Of a stretch of DNA of 31,817 nucleotides, positions 25,042-31,817 are shown piece by piece (within the stretch, counting starts at the first letter, position 1; every line of letters begins with the position of its first letter). Made by a program: the position numbers and the translations under genes. The notes below the pieces were generated by a model, which had not been told where the DNA came from, did no database searches, and was given only the letters and a program-made list of their open reading frames with translations. The DNA comes from a virus (lineage: Duplodnaviria; Caudoviricetes), in IMG/VR virus record IMGVR_UViG_3300017766_003182, positions 1-31,817 of that record; one strand, 5' to 3'.

Positions 25042-27101
25042 GCGAAACAATCACAGCCGGAGCGCAGCTTGGAAACAAGAACGCCGCAGGGCCGCACAAG
25101 GTCGGGACTAAGGTCTGGGTCGGAAACAGCATCGGCAACATCGAAGACCACGATTCAACTTCGAATGAATACTTGGTGTCTGTATCCAAGAAAGACGCGC
25201 ACGGAGTATTTCGGCAAGGGACAAAGGTTCACCACACCATCAAGCACGCCGACATCCACGTTGCGCCAAGCCAGTTTCAAGACAAGGCGTCCGCCACCTC
25301 CGCCTCCAGCGACGAAGTGGTGCGGGCGGAAACCATCACGGCAGGGGCAAAGCCAGGAAACAAGAATGCAGCTGGACCGCACCGGACGGCTATGGACATT
25401 CACGCCTTCAGCCAAAGCTTGCCACACTACGTCTTTGAAGACGCTGATGCTCACAAGGAGGCTATTTACGATCATTTCCATCAAGACGAACACTTCAAGC
25501 CAGCCTTGGAAGTGCTCTCCAAGATGAACATGAAAGTTGGTCGGATTGCGAAGGAGTTGATGAACGCTGCCGACTCATCCGACACCGACGCCATCCAGGC
25601 CGGAGCGCCGGTGGGGAACCAAGATCTTATGAACGAAACAATCACCGCAGCCGGCAGCAGCGAGGGCGTTAAGAAATCTTGGGACTCACGGAGACGTAAA
25701 GAAGTGTTCGATGAAGCAGAAGGAAGAACAAAGATCGCCAACGAGTTTGATTCTAAGCCGAACAATTTCTGGGAAAATACTTTGGCCCATCATACCAGCG
25801 CTGAGTCAGCTCACATGGCAGCGGCGGCTTTGGCTGATGACGATAAAGTGGATTCACATCTTAAGCAGGCTTTGCACCATCGCAGGAAGGCAAACGAGAT
25901 CAGAAGTCATGTGGACTCTGAGCAGAAAAAGGGCGTTCACTGGAGCAAAATCGTGACGAGCCCAACTTCAAGCGTTCACGACAAAGCGAACAAAGACTAT
26001 CAGGACAGCCACAGCGGAAAAGGGCCGATGGCTTTGCCTTCATACAAATCTTCCGAGGCTAGCTTTGAAGCTGACGTCATCCACTGCCGCTCCCACTCCG
26101 CTGCCGGCTCCGTCCTCGCTGCCGACAAGCCGTGGAGCCCGGGCGAGCAAGTCCAATTCATGTGGATGCCTGCTGGCGTTCACACCATCTGCGCAGGCTT
26201 CCGCAAAGGCTCCATCCAGCTCACTGTCAACTGCGACCAGAACACCGCCGCAGCGGTCCAAGCCTCTCTCGAAGAGTGGCGCAACGAACGCCCGAAGCAG
26301 GAGCCGTTCGGCTGCATCGAGCACAAGGAGCAGGAGGCCAGCTTCCGCGTCGGCGCTTCGTGCGGGTTCCAATGGAACCAAGACGGCGTCTACCTCGCTG
26401 CCGAGCCCACCACGCTCGGAGCGCAGAACGTCAACGGCAAGATCCACCGCAGCTGGTCGCCCAGCTTCACGACGGACGCGGACTACTCCAAGGCCACCGA
26501 GAAGAACGGCATGCTGTTGTTCCCGGAAGGCGTCCGGGGCAGCCGCTCGAATCCGGCGCAGATCACTGGGGTGGACTTTTGTGTTGGAACGCTGACAAAC
26601 AAGCCCGCTTTCCATGCAATGAGCCCGGTGAAGGCGAGCGAAGAGACGGTGCAGGCTCCTGCAATGGAAGTGCGCGGCGACGCTGACGAGCCGATCACGC
26701 TTGCGGTCATTGCCGCCCGGCACCAGTCCGCGCTCGAAGCTGCCGAGGCCATCGCCGCGTCGCAGGGCGCGGTGGAGAGCAAGCCGACCATGGCGGACCT
26801 CGAAGCCAAGTTCAGCACCGAGCCGGTGGCTGGCGAAAGCGCCGAGCAGATCCTGGAGCGGATCTACGCGCGGGCTGGGGTGGTGACGGCAACCGGGACG
26901 AGTGATGGTGCTAAGAAAGGGTGGGAGAGCAGATTTTACGTGAAGAAGAAACCAAACGCTTCAAACCCTGCCTTCAGCCAGTTCCATGTCATTGACAAGG
27001 ACACAGGAGCGATGATTCATTCGGCTTACGACAAGAGAGAAGCTGATTACAGAGCGGGCGAATTGAACGAGCATCACAACAAAGGAACTTTAGGCAGATG
27101 A
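25038..27101 (+). CDS. Mu I-like prohead protease embedded in a multi-module polyprotein
   Basis: Core at about 26070-26640: MWMPAGVH, IEHKEQEA, DGVY, HRSWSPSF, GTLTNKPAFHAMSPVKA (Mu-like Pro pattern DxxH...SPxF...LTNxPA); long N- and C-terminal extensions. Confidence 0.8.
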   Translation: MSETITAGAQLGNKNAAGPHKVGTKVWVGNSIGNIEDHDSTSNEYLVSVSKKDAHGVFRQGTKVHHTIKHADIHVAPSQFQDKASATSASSDEVVRAETITAGAKPGNKNAAGPHRTAMDIHAFSQSLPHYVFEDADAHKEAIYDHFHQDEHFKPALEVLSKMNMKVGRIAKELMNAADSSDTDAIQAGAPVGNQDLMNETITAAGSSEGVKKSWDSRRRKEVFDEAEGRTKIANEFDSKPNNFWENTLAHHTSAESAHMAAAALADDDKVDSHLKQALHHRRKANEIRSHVDSEQKKGVHWSKIVTSPTSSVHDKANKDYQDSHSGKGPMALPSYKSSEASFEADVIHCRSHSAAGSVLAADKPWSPGEQVQFMWMPAGVHTICAGFRKGSIQLTVNCDQNTAAAVQASLEEWRNERPKQEPFGCIEHKEQEASFRVGASCGFQWNQDGVYLAAEPTTLGAQNVNGKIHRSWSPSFTTDADYSKATEKNGMLLFPEGVRGSRSNPAQITGVDFCVGTLTNKPAFHAMSPVKASEETVQAPAMEVRGDADEPITLAVIAARHQSALEAAEAIAASQGAVESKPTMADLEAKFSTEPVAGESAEQILERIYARAGVVTATGTSDGAKKGWESRFYVKKKPNASNPAFSQFHVIDKDTGAMIHSAYDKREADYRAGELNEHHNKGTLGR

Positions 27102-27149
27102 TAATTTACGCCCGTGCGGGCGCAAACCGCTGAGGAGGCGGGAAACGGG

Positions 27150-27178
27150 AAACAACAAACAAACAACAAACGACCAAA
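27150..27178 (+). promoter_or_regulatory. Unstructured A/C-rich translation leader of the capsid gene
   Basis: aaacaacaaacaaacaacaaacgaccaaa directly before ATG, with no SD. Confidence 0.55.
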
Positions 27179-28894
27179 ATGAAAGCAGTCATTCAGTCAG
27201 TCCCGCCGGACTCTAAATTGAAGGTGGGCGCGTCGCTCGAAGTGAGCGGTGCGGAGTGGGATACAATGTCCCAAGCAGGCGTGGTGCTCATCACCGCGTC
27301 CGAACATGCCGCCAACCAGCGGGAACAAACCATCAAGGCCAGCACCGCCAACGCTCTCAAGGGCTTGGTGATTCAGGCCGTCAACAAGGCTGTAGAGCGC
27401 GGTGCCCTCGTCCCCAAGGGCGAAGGCAAGAACAGCGCCGAGCAGATGACCATCACCGCCACCAAGCAGATCGAGCAAGGCGCGGACGCCGAGTTCGTGC
27501 TGGCGCTGATTGACGGGTTGCCCGGCACGCAGCAGCAGCAAGCGCAGCGGATCACCGGCTATACCGCTGACAGCGGCATGCCGTTCAACCGCATTGATGC
27601 CGTGGGCGTGTCCATCAAGGACGCCACCAAGGGCTACATCAAGGCGATGGAAGCGCAAGACTCGCTCTGCAAAGCGAACCGTTGGGAAGAAGCGGCCAGT
27701 CTTTCGAAGGAAGCCAGCATCATCCTGAGCCGCCATCACATCAAAGCGGAAGACGCTTTGCTGACGGACATGGTTGACGGGGCCACCCGCTTCGACGGTC
27801 GCACGGTGCGCGCGGCGACGTTCTCCGACCCCAACTCCCAAGTGGGTGCGTTGGCCGGGGACTTGATCCTCATGCGCAACCTCGGCTTCTTGAAGAACAA
27901 GCTGCCGTGGTTGGGCAAGTTGACCACCGACCTGAGCGGCGAGCCCGCGAAGTTCGGCCAAGCAATCCTCACCCGCTACATCACGCCTCCGGGAGTGCTG
28001 ACCTGGGTGCCGGGCGTCGGCTTCACCTCGGACGCGGCTGCCATCGCGGCGGCTGGTGTGGGCACGACCCAATCGGGCGGAACCACGCAGGCTTCTGGGA
28101 CGGTCACCAAGAGCGTGCCTTCCACCACGGACAAGTCCATCACCTTGAACAAATTCAAGGCGACAGAAATCGAGTTCCCCGTCAGCTTGCTGTCGGGCTC
28201 CATCCGTAACCTGTTCGCCGAGCAATACGGCGCCCAGACCTACGCGCTGGCGGAAAGCATCAACACGGACGTGCTCGCGGGCATGTTCGCGTCATCGTGG
28301 AGCGGCGTGAAGTCCAGCTACGTCAAGACGCTGGGCGCTTGGAATCTGAGCGGCATGATTGGCGTCAAGAACGCCATGACGATCGCCAAGATCCCGGACG
28401 TGGGCCGGTTTGCCCTCATGCACAGCTTCTACCACGACAAGTTGCTGGAAGACTCCAACCTGCTCTCGGCCAAGGCGATTCTCGCCCTCATCAACAAGGA
28501 CGTGTCTTCGTTCGAGTCGGGTGAAGTTCCCTCGCTGTTCGGCGTCAAGCCGCTGGAAAGCCAGCTCGCTTCCGCTACCGCTGCTGGTGCGCTCACCACG
28601 TGGACGGACGACGCTGATCCGGCCACCACGGCCATCTGGGGATTCGCGGGCAACATGTCCTCGTACATGTTCGTCAGCCGTCCTCCGCAGGACTGGACGA
28701 CCACGCTGCAGCAGCTGGGCATCCCGTCCACCGCGAGCATCCGCATCGTCACCGAGCCCGACTCGGGCTTGTCCATGATGGTGTTCAGCTTTGCCGACAA
28801 CGGCAAGATGAGCATCAGCCAGCGCGTCTGCCTCATGTGGGGTCACGCTCAGGGCGATCCTCGCGTCGGCATCCTGCTGAAGAACGCGGCGTAA
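27179..28894 (+). CDS. Major capsid protein with about 210-aa N-terminal scaffold-like extension
   Basis: Position after the protease; DKSITLNK, ALAESINTDV, KIPDVGRFALM, SLFGVK patterns of HK97-fold coats; helical N-terminus ending TVRA/ATFSD. Confidence 0.82.
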   Translation: MKAVIQSVPPDSKLKVGASLEVSGAEWDTMSQAGVVLITASEHAANQREQTIKASTANALKGLVIQAVNKAVERGALVPKGEGKNSAEQMTITATKQIEQGADAEFVLALIDGLPGTQQQQAQRITGYTADSGMPFNRIDAVGVSIKDATKGYIKAMEAQDSLCKANRWEEAASLSKEASIILSRHHIKAEDALLTDMVDGATRFDGRTVRAATFSDPNSQVGALAGDLILMRNLGFLKNKLPWLGKLTTDLSGEPAKFGQAILTRYITPPGVLTWVPGVGFTSDAAAIAAAGVGTTQSGGTTQASGTVTKSVPSTTDKSITLNKFKATEIEFPVSLLSGSIRNLFAEQYGAQTYALAESINTDVLAGMFASSWSGVKSSYVKTLGAWNLSGMIGVKNAMTIAKIPDVGRFALMHSFYHDKLLEDSNLLSAKAILALINKDVSSFESGEVPSLFGVKPLESQLASATAAGALTTWTDDADPATTAIWGFAGNMSSYMFVSRPPQDWTTTLQQLGIPSTASIRIVTEPDSGLSMMVFSFADNGKMSISQRVCLMWGHAQGDPRVGILLKNAA

Positions 28895-28900
28895 ACCATC

Positions 28901-28938
28901 TGCTGGCTGCCGGGGCGCGATTGCTCCGGCAGCTGGCA
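28901..28938 (+). terminator. 16-bp hairpin after the capsid gene (mRNA stabiliser or attenuator; no U-tract)
   Basis: TGCTGGCTGCCGGGGC-gcgatt-GCTCCGGCAGCTGGCA, three G-U pairs. Confidence 0.55.
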
Positions 28939-28968
28939 ACCAACAATTGAAATAAGGAAACAACTGAA

Positions 28969-29409
28969 ATGAAAACGAAATTCAAATTACTCATCGTCGG
29001 CGCTTGCTTGGCCCTGGCCACAATGGCGGCACAGGCCCAGCTCGGCCAGCCCAGCCTGATCATCTCCAGCGGGACGGGCGCGTGGACCAACTACATCGCT
29101 CCGAGCACTACGTTCACGACCAATGCAGTCGTTGACTGTACGACCAAGAAGGACGTGTTCCTGCAATGGAAGGCAGAGCTGAACGGCGCAGGCACCACGG
29201 CCAACACCTTGACAATCCAAGGCTCAGCTGACGGCAGCAACTGGTTCACCTACGGGCTGCTTCCCATGACTCCTGCTGGCACCACAGCGGTGACGGTGGG
29301 CACCAACATGTCGGTTGGCGCACTTCCATACTTGCGGGTGCGCTCGATTGCAAATGCTGCCAACACCGGCAGCATCACGAACTACACCGTCCGTGTGTTC
29401 CAGAAATAA
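28969..29409 (+). CDS. Beta-sandwich protein with Sec-type signal peptide, at the head-decoration gene position
   Basis: MKTKFK-LLIVGACLALATM-AQA/Q; TIQGSADGSNWF...PYLRVR. Confidence 0.8.
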   Translation: MKTKFKLLIVGACLALATMAAQAQLGQPSLIISSGTGAWTNYIAPSTTFTTNAVVDCTTKKDVFLQWKAELNGAGTTANTLTIQGSADGSNWFTYGLLPMTPAGTTAVTVGTNMSVGALPYLRVRSIANAANTGSITNYTVRVFQK

Positions 29410-29417
29410 CGACGGCC

Positions 29418-29996
29418 ATGTCTAAAGCATGGACAGCTCCAGCGGGGGACGATCTTTGGCAGATCGTCTCCCGCTCCATTGTTGAGAAAGTCAACGAGGA
29501 CGCCGACGGCGGCAAGGCCGAGGGCAACGACTTCAACGAGAACATCGACTCCCGGGCTGACAAGGCGGTGCAATACGCCGTGCAAGAGATCCGGGGCGCC
29601 ATCGAGTCTGCAGGCCGCTACCCGGTCAGCATCACGCCGGCAGCGGTTCCGCCTGAAGGCTTCCAGTACGCGCTGGCGATCGCGGCCTACCGGCTCTGCA
29701 TGCCAGTGCCGTCGTTGCTGGCGGTCATCATGGGCGACGGTGGAGCGTTCTCGCCAATGGCCACGCTCTACAAGGAGGCGACGGCGTGGTTGAACGTCCT
29801 GCGAGCCGGCGGCAGCTTCACGATGCCGACAGATCCGACCGGGGCAGATTACCTGACGGCGGTGTCGGACAGCAACCCGGCTATCAGCGGAATCAAGTGG
29901 GGCGACTCCGTGGCGGACGACACAGAATACGAAGCGGGAATCACCGAGGACGGGGTGGTGGTCAACCGCCAGTCTCAAAACATGAACACCTTGTGA
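29418..29996 (+). CDS. Head-tail adaptor, Mu gp36-like
   Basis: AVQYAVQEIRGAI..RYP...VP....ALAIAAYRL...YKEATAWL. Confidence 0.72.
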   Translation: MSKAWTAPAGDDLWQIVSRSIVEKVNEDADGGKAEGNDFNENIDSRADKAVQYAVQEIRGAIESAGRYPVSITPAAVPPEGFQYALAIAAYRLCMPVPSLLAVIMGDGGAFSPMATLYKEATAWLNVLRAGGSFTMPTDPTGADYLTAVSDSNPAISGIKWGDSVADDTEYEAGITEDGVVVNRQSQNMNTL

Positions 29997-30325
29997 GCAA
30001 GCCTGTCACCATCACGTTCAACGACCGCATCGGCCACTGGGACGACGCGGACCAGCAGCCCGACGGAGGCCGGAAGGTTGCCGACTCCAAGCCCGGCGAG
30101 GCTTGTTGGATGAAGAACCTAGAGGGCAAGCCATCAGTGTTGGCGTTCTCTTGCCCGTGCGGTTGCCAAGAGATTGTGCACGTTCCGTTGGCGATCAACC
30201 ACGGCGGCCAAGGTTGGGAATGGAACGGGAGCGAGGACAAGCCGACCACGCGCCCATCAATTTTGCGGACGACCGGCTGCCGCTGGCACGGTTATTTGAC
30301 CGACGGAATTTTCACGTCATGCTAG
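29993..30325 (+). CDS. DUF6527-like protein
   Basis: FSCPCGC...WEWNGS..PTTRPSI....CRWHGYLTDG. Confidence 0.72.
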   Translation: MSKPVTITFNDRIGHWDDADQQPDGGRKVADSKPGEACWMKNLEGKPSVLAFSCPCGCQEIVHVPLAINHGGQGWEWNGSEDKPTTRPSILRTTGCRWHGYLTDGIFTSC

Positions 30326-31817
30326 TCGAAGATCCAATCAAACAGCAACGCAAGCCGACCTCCGTAGTGGTGGTCGGCACAAGTCATTTTGACCCCAGTG
30401 TTCTCAAGGCAGTCCGAGCCGAGCTGCTGGCGCGGCGGATTGAGGCCATCACCGCCGACTGCGGCGACTCTGAGCTCTCGGCCAAGGCGATTGTGATTGA
30501 CCCGCTCGGACGGGTGCTGATCCTCAAAGACGCCCACAGCGATTGGAACGACATCCCGGGCGGCCACGTCCACAACGGAGAGGACGCCGTCACCGGGCTG
30601 GCGCGGGAAGTGCGGGAGGAAACCGGCGTCACCATCGGCGACATCAAGAGCCTGGAGACCATCACGCTCAAGCTCGGGCGCAAGGAGCGGCCCGTGCAGT
30701 TCTTCACGGCCAGCGCCTTGACGTTGAACGTCACGCTGTCACACGAGCACGAAGACTTCGAGTGGGCCGACCCGAATGATCTCACCCGGTTCAATCTGGG
30801 CGTGCTGCTGGAGCCGCTGCAGCGGGCGCTGGGGATTAAGAAGCTGGAGCCGGTCAAGTCTGAGGACGCCACCCGGCCCAACCACCACGAGGTGGCCCGG
30901 GCGATGGCACAGAAGATCTACCAGCACGAGATCGACGACTGGCTCACCCAGCTCAACTCCAAGCTGATGGTGGCGCTGTTCGGCCACAAGGACGGCAAGC
31001 ACGACGAGGAGTGGATGGGGATTTACTTCCCAATGGAGTCCCTTTGGCCGGTGGTGATGAAGAACGCAGCCTACAAGGCCTACGGCGTTACCGCTGCGAC
31101 GCTAGGCCACGCCCTGGGCGTCAGCCTCAATCCTAGCCCTGAAGCTATCAAGACGTTCGTCCAAGCCCGTGGCGGCCCCCTCTCGTCGTTTCCTGTAGCC
31201 GTTAAGACGAAGCTCGAAGCCTCCCTGAAGCGCGGGGTGGCCAACGGGGAGAGCCCGGAAGCCTTGGCCCGCCGGGCGAACGAGGCTTTTGAAGAGATTT
31301 CCAAGGGGCAGGCCACCCGGGTGGCAGCTACCGAAGCGCAGGCGACCTACGGAGTGTCGCAGGCGGAAGCTCTTGAGCTGGCTGGTTACCGGCTCAAGGT
31401 GTGGGTCACGGTTGGGGATGAACGGGTCCGGGACAGTCACTTCCTCTGCGAAGAGCAAGGGGCTGTCCCGGTAAAATCTCCCTTCCACAACGGGCTGATG
31501 TTCCCCGGCGACCCGAACGGACCACCCGAAGAAGTGATCAACTGCCGGTGCAACCTCGAAGGCGCTGGCGCTGGCGGCCCGGTGTGGGCGTCGGAAGATC
31601 AAGGCCATAAGTTCCACGGAAACCAGTGGACCAATCATCATGAGATTCTTTTGACTTCTCACATTGAAGAGCCCTTGCGAGAGTTGTTCAAGAGTGTCAA
31701 GCTTGCCCAGCGTAAAATCGAGACAAGCTCAAACGAATCAGGAACCATCTCAAGGAACCTGAATCCACAGCAAGCTGGGGCGGCTACTCGCGCTTACAGG
31801 GCTTTTAGAGCGAAATA
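30319..31817 (+). CDS. NUDIX hydrolase - MuF (SPP1 gp7-like minor head protein) fusion with C-terminal extension; 3' end outside the window; absent from the ORF track
   Basis: Hand translation is open from ATG 30319 to the window end: Nudix box GGHVHNGEDAVTGLAREVREETG (about 30559-30627); MuF motifs ATRVAATE, KVWVTVGDERVRDSH, LMFPGDP, EVINCRC; then VWASEDQGHKFHGNQWT. Confidence 0.92.
   Translation, partial: MLVEDPIKQQRKPTSVVVVGTSHFDPSVLKAVRAELLARRIEAITADCGDSELSAKAIVIDPLGRVLILKDAHSDWNDIPGGHVHNGEDAVTGLAREVREETGVTIGDIKSLETITLKLGRKERPVQFFTASALTLNVTLSHEHEDFEWADPNDLTRFNLGVLLEPLQRALGIKKLEPVKSEDATRPNHHEVARAMAQKIYQHEIDDWLTQLNSKLMVALFGHKDGKHDEEWMGIYFPMESLWPVVMKNAAYKAYGVTAATLGHALGVSLNPSPEAIKTFVQARGGPLSSFPVAVKTKLEASLKRGVANGESPEALARRANEAFEEISKGQATRVAATEAQATYGVSQAEALELAGYRLKVWVTVGDERVRDSHFLCEEQGAVPVKSPFHNGLMFPGDPNGPPEEVINCRCNLEGAGAGGPVWASEDQGHKFHGNQWTNHHEILLTSHIEEPLRELFKSVKLAQRKIETSSNESGTISRNLNPQQAGAATRAYRAFRAK

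Larger units (their letters stand above)
1..31817 (+). mobile_element. Tailed dsDNA phage/prophage segment (replication, accessory, packaging and head modules)
   Basis: TerL, portal, Mu-like protease, major capsid and MuF genes present; about 60 co-oriented ORFs with frequent ATGA/GTGA overlaps; no integrase or att site seen in the window. Confidence 0.97.

Noticed and set aside
30326-31817. Apparent gene-poor region of short ORFs in the track
   Set aside because: Explained by one + strand ORF from 30319 that has no stop inside the window
1-31817. Stop-codon reassignment or tRNA genes
   Set aside because: Genes tile densely under the standard code with TAA, TGA and TAG all used as stops; no cloverleaf seen in the short intergenic gaps

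Overview
This window is a co-directional (+ strand), tightly packed segment of a tailed dsDNA phage or prophage. The host is probably Verrucomicrobiota, inferred from the DnaB/SSB sequence flavour and scarce Shine-Dalgarno sites. Gene order: replication (DnaB, SSB), then accessory genes, then a glyco-modification island (accessory protein, two tandem TAGT/GREB1-like glycosyltransferases, and a plant RGP/UDP-arabinopyranose-mutase (GT75)-like protein), followed about 1.8 kb later by a TylF/MycF-like and a MycE/TylE-like O-methyltransferase. After that come TerS, TerL, a Mu gp29-like portal, head fibre/decoration-like genes, a Mu-I-like prohead protease embedded in a polyprotein, a scaffold-fused major capsid protein, a signal-peptide-bearing protein, a gp36-like adaptor, a DUF6527-like protein, and a NUDIX-MuF fusion that the ORF track missed because it runs off the window. 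Two candidate new systems stand out. (1) A nucleotide-sugar mutase plus two glycosyltransferases (plus or minus the O-methyltransferases) that could install furanose sugars on phage DNA or virion proteins. (2) A head-cargo system in which small, AT-richer domains are strung onto the protease and MuF proteins behind repeated [IV]-x-A putative cleavage sites and short conserved tags. All family assignments come from motif recognition by eye; no database searches were run.
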